A DNA stretch of 63,128 nt, filler included, from Choristocarpus tenellus KU-1152 (GCA_964200185.2; 10 parts of 10 records of this genome joined end to end with filler, not necessarily neighbours in it), one strand, 5' to 3'; shown: positions 14,701-27,160, counted from the whole stretch's first letter. Translations and numbers: made by a program. Notes: generated by a model not told the origin, from the sequence alone.

Positions 14701-17700
14701 TCCAAATGAATTATAATATTGTGCCAATAATCAGAGACACACACAAAAATATCAATGTCAGCATAGCACCACGATAAAGGTCCAAGACCAAGCCTGGGTT
14801 AGGGTTAGGGCATCTATCCATGGATCCACTCTAATGCACCACCCACTCGTAAAGTCCAGTTAAGTAAGCTGTAGTAAATATCAACAAAATAATACCAGCA
14901 AGGACAAAAGCTAACAACTCAATCCTCAATTAGATACATTTTCATCTTTTAGTAAGGCTCAGGCTCAGGCTCAAGGAGTACAGGGCTCCTTTTGTCCTAT
15001 GAATACCGTAACCTTCAAAACGTCCAAGAATGTGCAACTTAGGGTAAGTGTTTCAACCTCCCCAAAGGTATTTGAACATTCCTCTACATAAAGACTCAAC
15101 AGCTTCGACTGATCTTTAACCCTAACCCTAACAAACTATGTGTACATACAGAACAGAGCAAACAAGTCGATCACAAAATACAAAGGTCCACACAACATGG
15201 GTGTTTGATGTACCTCCACATTTTTCGCCTCACCCAAACATGGTTCCTTAGGTGCTACAGCAGCTTATTGTATGTACTGAGTATCTTTCACAACTACAGT
15301 GAGAGGCTTCCAAATTTTAGATTCAAATCAAATAACAACTGCATCAATCATCAAACGTAACCCTCCAAATGTTGAAAGCACAAATACTTCTAGTCAATCA
15401 ATCCTCTACACTAATTGTAACGCCATACGATACAATACAAACCTTGGCCCATCAAAAACACACAAGGTCAGTAGTCAATGAAGGTGCCCATTGCTTCAAT
15501 ACACATGCTCACCATTAGTAATCGTCAAAAAGCCCTTCACATCTACAAACGTGCGCACCAATAAATCTTTTCAGGGCAAGACTGTAGATGTTTTATCCCA
15601 ATCCGATGGAGGAAGCGAACAAGCTGTTGACTAGAAGTGAATAGAAGTGAAGGGTGGAGGAAGGGGGACATGCCTGAGACACCGGGAACAACTTGCATGT
15701 CACCATCACCCGTTTCACCCGTGGCAGTCATTGCTTCTGATGCCACTGGAAACACAATCTCCACCTAAGTTTAGGTTTTGTTGATGGGGTTAGGGCTAGG
15801 GTTGGGAGTAAGAGGATTGAGTGCAACTGGTTGTTTTCGTGAACATAGTAAGAGTCATCGTAGGTACAAGTCAAGACAAGTCGATCCACCACAACCCGGC
15901 TATCTAGAAAGGCAGCAGTTGGTGCCCTAACCCTAAGTGATTTCTTGAACCTCGCCAGCTGCAAAACAAGCTGACAACTCTTGTCTGAGACAAAAATGAT
16001 GGGGCTAATTGGGCGGTCAAGAATATCAAATGACTATTTTCTAACCCTAACCCTAACCCTAACCCTCACAATTCTTTTTCTTGAACAAAAAGCGCCTACT
16101 CAAATTACACCCAATTTCCAGATCAACACACTCAGTTCATCTATGTGATCATAGGTGTAAGAATTTCCTCATTGAAAACCTCCAACAGTACAAATGAGCA
16201 CATTTGCATGTACATTATCCTTGCATATTCTTGTCAACAGTGCCAAATCACAAACAAATCACAAACAAGGATGCAGTACAGAATAAAAAAGTACAGGATC
16301 TGTGCCAGTACTAATATCAGTGCCAACACTGGGCACCACCAGAGCATTTCCCAGTACATAAGGCAGCACACAAATTTGGACTAGGTAGTTTACAGTAGTA
16401 CAGGTGAAGACCGCATATATCGATATAGAACACTTGATCTAGATACTTAAGACTTAATTTACTCATCAGCATTCTGCTGTAAGCAAAAACGCCTGCAAAA
16501 TATCTGACAATTTGTGAACTGACTAACTACATCCACAAAAAAGAAATGTTAGATTCAAATATTCAAGTTCTAACTAAGCAGGAAAAAATATTCAATTCTG
16601 AGCTGCTCAGGTATTTTTGTCCCTTGAAAATATTAGTTATTTTGATAATCCCTCATCTTCTATACCGCTTATGTCACAACATTTAACCCTAATCCTAAGT
16701 CACAGGTAAGAATCTTGATACTGCCTTCAAAAGGGGTAAGCATACATTTAAGGTACTTCAAGTTCAAATCAACCTTCTTTTTTTCTCTACCCAATAGGGT
16801 GCAGTTCTTGTTCTGCAACTTGATCCCTCTTGAAGACAGACTTTGACACTCTTAGTGAGACAAAGAGTACCTATATCATACCTATACCATACACTTAACG
16901 AATTCCCTCTTGGCATGATGTTGACAATAACAAGGGTAACACGTCTTGTATCACATCATATCCCCATCAACTGAATTTGTTTGATCTCATATACCCTCTA
17001 ACCTCCTGCAAAATGGCTAAAATAGGGTTAATTCATTTGTCTATACAGTAAGATTACACTGGAACCATTCACAGTATACATGTATGTAGATACTAAAGTA
17101 GTATCACTGAAATAGGAAAAAAAGTTGTTGATACCATATTGCTGCACAGGCACGATGATTTGTGAGGCTGTGGAGATGGGAACTTTCTGAATTAGTGGGC
17201 ATCCTGACCACAAAAAAAAAGCCCCCTATTTTAATCCCCCGATTCCTCATCTCTCAAGGAAAAGAAAATTAAATTTCTGTTTCATTTTCTTTGTGGCACA
17301 CCCACAAAGTACCTCCACCAAAAGACACAAGAGCTGTCTGCTGCCTGAGAAGTGAAGAAGAGGATCAAGATGGAACACAACACAACGCAACAGCATTTTC
17401 CAACTAACCCTAACCCTAACCATGTTGGATATCAACCATCTAGTACATAAAAATACATACAAGCACAAAGTACCCTTAAATACAGTTTCTTGCTCAAAAG
17501 CACTACTGTTGTGTATTCTGACCAAAATCAGCACCTTTTTATGACAACCACAATTAACACTTTCATGTCCACCCACCCACCCACCCACCCATCTACTCAT
17601 CCAACAGCCTACCTACCCATCCATCTGACCCACAAAAAACACAATCACTCACCTCTGTCCCAGACCCCTTTGCTGGAGTTGATTGCAGCTCTGACTGGAC

Positions 17701-20700
17701 AGCCTTGACAATGCTAGTTATCATTCCTGACTCTGTTCCCAGCACAAACTGAAGCCTCCTTTCTCTTCCAGATACTACATGCCTATCACTACACTTTCCC
17801 ACTGCCTCCTCTTCCCCCCCCACCTTTTCCCCTCCTCCACTATGACTTTCCCCTAACACTGTATGGCTGGAAGGGGAACACGCCTCCTTCGTCTTCTTTG
17901 TTATGAAACCCAAAATATTAGATGTGGAACCCACCACACCCCGACCCTGTTGCAACAAGGACAACACAAAGGAAGCAAGGGTTTGTCGCACAAACGCACG
18001 AGGTTTGACACGCAGATTGCACAAGGTTTGTTTTGAGGATGCGAAACAGAGGTGTTCACAATTTTCCAAGTAAAACAATTATTCAAATGAAAAATTGAGA
18101 GGTAGAAATAGTACACTCTACATTGTGGAGGAGGTTGGTTGCAAAATAAAGACAAATGCACCCCATTGGCTGAAATTTCAAAAGGGGGCGTTCTATTGGT
18201 GTAGCTACACCCTCGAAGGGAAAACCCATGCAACAAACTGTAGCTTCTAGACTTGTATATTTGACCAAACACTTCTTTGAGAATGGAGTAGAAGGGTTAT
18301 TGTAGTATTTGCATGTGATACATAGCATATACAAGTAAAGAGACAAAATTGAGGCCATCGTGCCTGCACAACCATTATAGTATTATAGAGTTGAAGTATT
18401 ATACTACCATGAGGTACACAGCTGATGCATTGTAACAGATCTAACAAGGGGTAGAATATAAAGTGGATGGCATTCTTTGGGGAATAGATTTAACCAAGGA
18501 GAACTATATTTCCACAACACACACTATAATGCTCTTGTCTAGCTGACCCTAACCCTAAAAAAAATACTCCACTCTTGTACAAATTATTTATGTTATTTTT
18601 ACTTGATCCTTTGTGATATAATCCATGATCTTCTGTTCAACATTGAAAAAAAAAGAAGCATTTTTCAGCCATCAGTCAACACAATCATTTTGCACCCCAT
18701 CCAGTAAATCAGCTATGGCAAAACAGGAGAGATTCCTTTCTGACCGATTCCCCTTCCAATAGCTCTTTTTTTTTCTTAGTTGTCAAGCCACAACAATACA
18801 AAAAAAAAAATCAAAATCAAGTGACAGGCGACACCTTGCACAACAATAATCCCCCACAACACAAACAAATCCCCCTCCCTTCCCCCATGTACCCACCAAA
18901 AAAAACGCACTAGTCTACACTGTTTTCAATTCTCTACCTTACAAAAATACCAGATTCTTGAAATAATCTCCTCCACCACATCCCCATTCTAACATCTTCC
19001 CACTTCCCTCCCTTCTGACTTCTGGATGACTTACTAAGCAATCAACCGACCCTCGCTTTCAACACTCAGCCCGCAAATTTCCCTAAAATACTATCTATAT
19101 TTTGTGAGGTATTTGATGAATCGATCTTCCTCTGCCTGTCTGCCTAAGCCCCTTTTTGTTATGAATCTATGAGTGAGTGCCTACCTATAACCTCCCCCTC
19201 TCCCACCTTATGCTGTGCATCCATAGCAAGCTGGAACATTTCTCCTGGGACCTCCAGATGAGCTGTATGATAGGCATCACTGTAAGCTGACCTCACTTGG
19301 TCCACAACCTACTCTTGCATTGCATTATAAACACAAAAACAGAACACATGTAAGACTTGAGAACTAAACCAACAATTACTGTAATGTTTTACTGTGTTGT
19401 ATTGTGTTCTGAATGCATTTCTCGTTTTGGGCTCTACAGTTGTGCTATTTGATAGGTGCTGCCCTGTAGCCAGAAATGCACTAAATCCCTAACCCTAACC
19501 CACTATTACAGAAACCCCCCCAACAAGTCTACAGATAGCATCCTCCATATCTGATATCAAGTAAAACTTTGTAAATATACTCACATGTACGTTCCATTTG
19601 ACAAATTCCATTTGACAAATTGGGGTATACAGTGATCACAATAAGGTTCTCTGCAAAAGGTGCACTCCAACAATAACTGTCAATCACTGTCTCTACCTCT
19701 GACTGCTGAGCACATCACAATCTCTCAAAGTGTTTTCACCATGCAAAACAATGAGACACCCCTAACCCTAACCCTCACCCTTCCTGTTCCACAAGAGACA
19801 ACGCCTATGCAACACCTTCCAAAGACTTGCAACAAAACCTGGAACTTAAAAAAACATAAAGGTGGAAACTTGAATCCGTAATTGATATTTTTATCTTAAA
19901 AAAATCAGAACTCTTCATACTAAAATGTAACACTCACACTCACACTCTCTCTCTCTCACACACACATAACACACAGACAACACACAGACAACACACTGGG
20001 AGAAGACCAGGAAAAAATGATCCATCCATTTCACACCCCAGATACACCTCTCACATCTTGTTGGTGGGAGACGGATACTCTAGACTCGAACTATGTAAGA
20101 CAGGTGAAAAAAAATGAATCACTTCATTATCTCAATCCTGTTCTGTAGTTCAAATGTAAGACGATCAAACATTTAAACAAATGATAAAAATAACAAAATA
20201 ATATCAATTTTCAAATAATATTTTTTTCAAAACACTTAACAAACCAAACGTGAAATTAGAAAAAAAAAACATAATTTGGTCAGTGGGATGATACATCCAC
20301 ACAAGTACCACAGTGCAAAATAATAATTTATTTATTTACATTAGCAAAAAATTAAATACATTAATCAAAAACTCCAAACTAAACTATCAATGGAACCATC
20401 CGGTGGACTCTTCCCCTGCTACCAATTATACTAATTACACTACATCCCCTCAGGGTACATTCCTTGAACTCTGCGCCCCCCCTAAATCCTGCAAACAAAA
20501 TTAGATGTCCTCAGGGGCGAGTACATAAACCAATGCATCCCTAACCCTAAGTAACATGACTCCACCGACTCTAAAAAAATCCATAGGCATACCGTACTAT
20601 CGCTCAACATCTATCAGTCTCAGAATTGGACAGATTCTTAGAGGATTACCCTATAAGTAATAACCAGCAATAAAACGCCATCAATGTACTAAAAAATCGA

Positions 20701-23124
20701 AACGTGCGTGCAGCGCACAAAGCGAGGCGAGCAAAACGCCATGCGCCGTGAGGAAATGAATCCCCGCTCACAGAGCGCACACAGAACACACACGCACAAG
20801 AAAGTAACCCTAACCCTAATGACTAATGACTAACCTCGAATGAGTTGAACCAACCGCTGTATGAACAGTAGTTGCTATTGCCATTCATTACCATTCACCA
20901 CACTGCCATCAGTTACTACTATCAGTTGCTACTCCACATGGCCAGGGCTAAGGTTAGGGCTCCACCTACTAATACTGTAGCATGCTGTTACGCCTTGACT
21001 GTGAGCATACCCTATCTCCAAACATGTTATGAACAACACAATTAGCATACCTCATCTTCAAACATGTTATGAACAACACAATTAGCATACCCTATCTCCA
21101 AACATGTTATGAACAACACAATTAGCATACCTCATCTCCAAACATGTTATGAACAACACAATTAGCATACCCTATCTCCAAACATGTTATGAACAACACA
21201 ATTAGCATACCTCATCTTCAAACATGTTATGAACAACACAATTAGCATACCCTATCTCCAAACATGTTATGAACAACACTATTAGCATACCTTATCTCCA
21301 AACATGTGATGAACAATACAATTACCCTGTTGGAAGTACCTGAACCGATCCAACAAACTCCTCACCGATGCCTGTTAGGGTTAGGGTTAGGGGGGTACAG
21401 GGAGATAATCATGCACAGGAAAATAGGGAATGGGATATAGACGGGAAATTGGGGGCGGTGGGGGGGGGGGGATATAGTAAACCAGAATGCTTGAAAGCAT
21501 GAACATACACTCCAAGTATATAATTTGAAAAATAAATACATGAAAAACTCTTCATGGGTGCCATTTCTTGAGGGATGGGTGAGGTGGGTGTTAGTCAAGA
21601 ATTGGACAGGCGAGTGAGTGGGATAAAATTTGTATATATTTACATATACAAATTACCATGGCCATACTCTGTATCATAGTATCCAATACAAACACACACT
21701 CCACTCTTCACAGATGTCTTAATTGGCATGAGAAAAGAGTAGAGTTGAATACAAACACACCATCAAAATAAACACCTCTACGAATATGATCTAACCCTAA
21801 CACTAATTCACTACATTATTCATAATACAATATTAAAAACAGTGAGGCACTGCAGAAAACAGGTTGGTATATATCCATAAATGTCTTGTACAATCCAAGA
21901 TAACCCTAACCCTAACAACACAAGACAACACTGTATGGTTTTTAATTCCCTGGGAAGAATAATAGGGTTAGGGCTAGGGCTAGGGATATCGGTGAGATGT
22001 GTGTCAGCATTTTTTCCAAACAAGAGTAACACAAAACATTGCGGTTGTATTCATTGTACCTTGACAAAACAAAACATCGCCTTCATACCCTAATTCAAAA
22101 CCTTTCAAACCATTACTCAAGAAAAAATAATATGCGACAAAAGAAAGGTCTATCAGTCTATCAGTCTATCAGAATGGCATTAAAATAAAATATTATATAA
22201 TAAAACACAAAAAAGACTGATTGACATATCGTGAGCAGATTGACTCTTCTCACCATACAACATCTTCATCCCTAACCCTATCAAACTAAACACATACAAC
22301 ATATTCATGACAGAGAACCAACCCTAACCTTATCTCCACAGTTGAGTCCATGATTGATCAAAAGACCTGCTCTTTCTTTTTCTTGGTACAACAAGGGTTA
22401 GGGTTAGGGTTATTAATTCATAACATAATTCTAACCCCAAATATTAATCACAGACCAAAGCAACAATCCCATCCCGATCCCTAACCCTAGCCCAAACTAT
22501 ACAAGAGCTAGAGATACTTCACCACAATGTTGACTACAGAAGATGGCTGTCTTATATCTCAGCATGGACAACCCTCAGCCCTAACACTATCCCATATATA
22601 TATATACATACATGCAAGTAAATAAATAAATATGGTTGGTAGTACTGAACCTCGGTGAGTGTAACCCTAAACCTAACCATGGATAGAAGCAACAACCCTA
22701 ACCCTAACTCACCAATAGACACCTGGTCGTACGCAACTCCTGTGAGGTTAACTCCTGGTCATAGGATCAACACGACCAACAACCCTAACCCTAAAAGAGG
22801 CGATACTTGATTGTACTGAAACAAATACAATTGTAACTGGTAGTCTCAGGACGACGAATTCAAGCAATAAATCCCAACCCTAACCCTAACCATCACATCA
22901 CCTGGGCATTGCCAAGGTAAGGACCTGTACAGATCGCAATTAGCACAAGCAACTGACAATCTAATCCCAACCCTAACCCTAATACCTAACCCTAATACCT
23001 GATTGTGTTGAGGGTGCAGGTCCTTTATCTCTGAGTCGCTAAGGTTTGAGATGGTCTTCAACATGCTGTACAGATTCTCTCCCATGTATGTATCTGGTCC
23101 ATACCATACTGTCAGGTCAGGAAC
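11763..23124 (-). CDS. nadA: Quinolinate synthase (plant/algal-type NadA), 3' portion. Exons 23124-22999, 21371-21291, 19308-19207, 17946-17653, 15764-15674, 14322-14206, 12608-12497, 11811-11763 (stop). 5' exons lie beyond the contig end
   Basis: Exons splice in frame with consistent phases: VPDLTVWYGPDTYMGENL...HPQHNQ | ASVRSLLDRFRYFQQGNCIVHHMFGDK | VVDQVRSAYSDAYHTAHLEVPGEMFQLAMDAQHK | GRGVVGSTSNILGFI...LQFVLGTESGMITSIV | VEIVFPVASEA...VVPGVSG | GEGCSTAGGCATCPYMKMNDLDAL | ...LPILHMRSLMKEG | CLSDELVEDITTRGT*. These motifs are characteristic of plastid quinolinate synthase, including the Fe-S cysteines in CIVHH and CPYMKMN. Confidence 0.95.
12704..12962 (+). mobile_element. MITE family A, complete 259-bp copy in a quinolinate synthase intron, TSD AGA
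   Basis: Ends GAGTGAAAGTATCTTAGAGGGTA and TACTCTCTAAGATACTTTGACTC; AGA on both flanks. Confidence 0.93.
14442..14488. repeat. (TACTGG)n hexanucleotide microsatellite
   Basis: Directly visible, about 7-8 units. Confidence 0.95.
21001..21320. repeat. 40-bp tandem repeat x8 derived from a quinolinate synthase exon 3' end plus splice donor
   Basis: Unit attagcatac-c(ct/tc)atct(c/t)ca-aacatgttat-gaacaacaca. The last unit (21281-21320) is the real exon end encoding CIVHHMFGDK plus its GT donor. Confidence 0.95.
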
Positions 23125-23136
23125 CTAAACATATTC

Positions 23137-23169
<33 letters not shown>

Positions 23170-23522
23170 ACAAACTAAAACAAACCCACACACACCACAG
23201 TTGCAAGATGAAAATTTAGGAGGGTGTATTGTATAGTNNNNNNNNNNCCCCCCCACGAAATGGGTCAATAAAAAGGACATTCAAGTTGCTTTAGGGTTAT
23301 TATTAGGTTTAGGGAGTGATACTAGTATGTTACTCTAATCTTACGATGATACAAAATGCTGGTACTACATACTCATTCATTTTTATATATTGGAGTAAGA
23401 GTATAGTTAGGGTTAGGATTAGTATACTCAAGTCTGTAGATCACTACACTTAGTACTATCACTGAGGGAGTCAGTATCGGACCATGGTACAGTACCAAAT
23501 GGTCAGGTCAACTACTTGCGGA

Positions 23523-23578
23523 TTGCAGATCTCATAGATGACCTAACCCTAACCCTAACCCTAACCCTAACCCTAACC
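23523..23578. repeat. Interstitial telomere-like (CCCTAA)n tract, the longest of dozens of short tracts in the window
   Basis: Directly visible; intronic, not at a contig end. Confidence 0.9.
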
Positions 23579-23940
23579 ATAAGAATCAGTGAAACTGCGT
23601 CCATCTGCCCTGTGATAGCCCAATCAGATTGTCCCGTAGGCGATAGTTATTAGGGTTAGGGTTAGGGATACGGAGAGCACTATCGAGAAAAAGAATTAAT
23701 GTACGTGTGTGGATGGATGGATGTATGAATGTACGTATGAATGTATGTATGAATGTATGTATGAGCAGTACCTGGAAGATCTTTGTCTCAAGACTGCCTT
23801 GAGAGGCTGTGAAAGCGTGATTACAGGTTCTTAACATACTTGATCAGCTGGGTACTTGCTGTAATAGACTAGTCTTTCGAACATGGCTATTTTCAACATT
23901 TCTCAGAAAGGGTAGCCGGTTGGTATCAATGTTTGAACAA

Positions 23941-24129
23941 TGGTAACCGATAGGCAGTACTATGGTAACCGATAGGCAGTACTATGGTAACCGATAGGCA
24001 GTACTATGGTAACCGATAGGGAGTACTATGGTAACCGATAGGCAGTACTATGGTAACCGATAGGCAGTACTATGGTAACCGATAGGCAGTACTATGGTAA
24101 CCGATAGGCAGTACTATGGTAACCGATAG
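23941..24129. repeat. 22-bp tandem repeat (TGGTAACCGATAGGCAGTACTA), at least 8.5 near-identical copies, running into the contig end
   Basis: Directly visible; one substitution in one unit. Confidence 0.97.
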
Positions 24130-24229
24130 NNNNNNNNNNNNNNNNNNNNNNNNNNNNNNNNNNNNNNNNNNNNTTAATTAATTAANNNNNNNNNNNNNNN
24201 NNNNNNNNNNNNNNNNNNNNNNNNNNNNN

Positions 24230-24313
24230 ACAATGTAAATGCACTTTTCCTGATTTTGGCCCAAATGGACACCCTGGTGTAGACCCCTCCCCCCCCCCCA
24301 GATACTTAGGGTC
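24230..24313 (-). mobile_element. MITE family B end (GACCC(A/T)AAGTATCTG(n)TCTACACCAGGGTGTCCATTTGGG), apparently nested in a family A copy
   Basis: Same end sequence as 31177, 41162, 45659 and 59963. It is followed directly by family A internal sequence. Confidence 0.85.
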
Positions 24314-24503
24314 TTTATGGCATTTTCCTACTCCAAAATGCTTAGGAGTAGGTAAAGTTTATATGTTATTATGAAAAGGTGTGTCCGGAACATGGATATT
24401 GACACTTACTAACAAACACATTAGCCAAAATTACATCAAAATCGCAACATTGGATTTTGACCCCCAAATGGACGCGACTCTAACCTCTAAGATACTTTGG
24501 CTC
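24314..24503 (+). mobile_element. MITE family A, right part (interrupted by family B)
   Basis: Matches family A internal sequence and ends CCTCTAAGATACTTTGGCTC. Confidence 0.88.
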
Positions 24504-24699
24504 AGTACTCAAAAATCATAGGAATTGCTATCTAATGACGGAAGACAGCAATTCCTATGATTTTTAAGTATTTCGTCCGGACCGAAACGGACGCCCCCTC
24601 ACAAACCACCACCCTCCACGATACTTGGACCCGGTCACCGTCCTTGTATAAAGTATTTTGGGCTAAAATGCATTGAGGATGTACGCTTGGCGCTTGAGT

Positions 24700-26878
24700 G
24701 GGTGTAGACTACGTTGTTATGGCTCAGGGAAGTTGTCCCTTGGGTTCAAAGCCTGGAGTCTGTCTGGTTGCCGTCGCTTGGTTTGGGTGTGGAAGAGATG
24801 GCATATGTTGTGGAAATCTCGACTTGTGCTGAAGATGGTGGAGTGGAGTACAAGATGTTTGTGCACGAACGTCCTCCTGGTAAGGTTCCTGCCAATTGCT
24901 CTGTGGTCCTATCAGCTGAAAGGGGGGAGGAAAAAGGATTGGGGCGGCATTGCAGTAAAAGTGTTAGAGAATGGTGGCAGAACGCACTAATGGAGACGAA
25001 ATTTAGGTTGCCATCGGGCCAATAAATACATGTGTACGAGGACACATAAACACAAACTTTTCGGGAGGATAATAAATTCAATATATATATCAAATGCATA
25101 AGTTCGTTGTTGTTTCATAGAACGTATGATCCCTGTCCATCACAACATGTCTGTGGAGGCATGTGTCTGACTGGCGAAGTGGAGGGTAACTCACGAACAG
25201 ATATTGGACTATGTTGCTTCTCAAAGCCATGTCTCTCGTCAATATGATGGCTGTGTAGGACTTACCCAGAACCAGGCCCGTTCAGGAGGGTCTTGGTCAA
25301 TGATGTAGTGTTAGGCAAGGAGCTGCATATTTCACAAGTCACCATTCTCCCGTTTGACCTTGTTGGGGTAGCTGACTCGCTTTTCACTAACTTAGACCGT
25401 GTGTAGTGGGGCTGTTACTTGGTCACGATCCCTCGCATCCGCTGATCGTCCCATCCGAAATATAGTCCCCTGCCCTTGGTTCTGGCATTGAGCATTACTC
25501 CCTCATCTGAATCCGGCATATATATCTCAGTGTCGGTTCAAGGGGCCTATATTTCTATATATAGGCCTGTTCATGTCCCTACGCTTTCTAGATCGACAGC
25601 GGAGTCGGACACACTGGGCTGCAGCCTCGTCACTGTCCCTCTTTTGTTCTTGTCTCGAAATTGGTTTACACCCTCTTCGATCACACCCTCTGTTATGTAC
25701 CACCCCGGTTGAGGGGGGGTACATGTTTTTCACCATCGTCCGGGAGGTAGGACGTTGAGTAAATGCAAGCCTCTGAACCATCTACGTGAACATCGCTGAC
25801 CTTCCCCTGTACGATTGACCCCTCACTCGCGCGTAGGATGAGGCTGGTTCCTCAACCGAATCTGGCTTTTGACATGTCCCCAAGTCTGAGTTGCCTAGAG
25901 AAGCGAGCAGATATCCCCCACTGAGCGATTGCAGGTTGGATTCCAAGGCGAACCTCTGGTATTGACCAGGCAGGATCCTGAATGTGTTGTCCAAGTGGTT
26001 GTGGTCGATGTCTGTGAAGTCTGAGGTGATGATAGCCTGAAGGGGCACGACCCGGGGGCCCGGTTGTGCGTCCTGCATCGCCACAAACATGTTCATTGCA
26101 GGGGCTGTGTTGGTGTATAGGACTATTGGAATATGTTTGCACGTGATGGTCTGGTTTAGCTGTGTGAGGGGTGTTGTTTTGTTTTTTTTAGAAACACGGA
26201 TAATTTTATATGGATGATTGAGGATACACTTAGGCAGCAAAACGAACGTATGGTACGCGTTTGTTTGCCCTACGTAAGTTGTGAAATATTGCTTGAAAGG
26301 TGTCAGTGGCGGTTGCAGGTTGGGAGAACAAAATGACGCTGGTTTGGATGCCAGGGTTGGACGTTATGGGGGAGGAATTCTATGTTGGTTAGAGGGGATA
26401 TGTGACATGTATGTAGGGACAGCATGAATTCATTCGTGTGGGGCATTGTATTGTGTTGGAAGCAATAAGAAGCGTTACCCACCTTGTCCATGCGTGACAT
26501 GTGGATAGTTGGCACACCATCAATGAAGCTGGCATTCAGCACCTCAAAGTCTTCAGTGCCAAAGACGATCTCATCTCCAGCACTGAACATCCCTCCGTAG
26601 CTGGAGTGGTGTCTGGCGTTCCATTGAATCGTGTCCTTGCGGTGGACAGTGAACAGCAAGAACTCTATACCATTGTACTCCGATGACTGCGTCCGTACAA
26701 TGCATATGTTCCCCTCGGCGAGCTTTCTCTTCTTCCTGGACAGCTGACTTCTCATATACATATCACCTGTTCCTGCTTCAGTGGAAAACCGAGGTCTATT
26801 TCCTTGAGAGGGGGCACGTGGGTTGGTTGCCACCTGCATTGGGCGAGGTTGCCGATGGAACAGTTCGTGCAGTAGCAC
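24700..26878 (-). pseudogene. Degenerate multi-exon gene of unknown family; best-conserved exon part 26483-26713
   Basis: GC-richer coding-like blocks with splice signals (AAG|gtgggt at 26483; pyrimidine tract plus cag near 24915) but in-frame stops in the middle. A diverged paralogous exon lies at 27685-27913. Boundaries approximate. Confidence 0.4.
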
Positions 26879-26893
26879 GACAGTTCAGTGTAT

Positions 26894-27160
26894 CAGCCAA
26901 AGTATCTTAGAGGGTAGAGCCGCGTCCATTTGGGGGTCAAAATCCAATGTTGCAATATCTATGTTTACCTACTACGAAACATTTTGGAGTCGAAAAATGT
27001 CATAAAAAAAAACATGGGAAGCCAAGCCCCACATACGTATACATTTTACCTACTCCGAAACATTTTGGAGTCGGAAAAGGTCATAAAAAAACCCATGGGA
27101 AGCCAAGCCCACAAATGGACAAACAGAGAAAAAATCGTACCCTCTAAGATACTTTCACTC
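26894..27160 (-). mobile_element. MITE family A, complete copy in reverse orientation with an internal duplication, TSD TAT
   Basis: Ends CAGCCAAAGTATCTTAGAGGGTA and TACCCTCTAAGATACTTTCACTC; TAT on both flanks. The segment tttacctact...catgggaagccaagccc occurs twice. Confidence 0.92.

Noticed and set aside
21001-21320. CRISPR-like appearance of the 40-bp array (also the 22-bp and 52-bp arrays)
   Set aside because: Units are contiguous with no unique spacers, there are no cas genes, the context is a eukaryotic intron, and the 40-bp unit derives from the adjacent exon.
23523-23670. True telomere
   Set aside because: Short tracts in both orientations inside an intron, with unique sequence on both sides.
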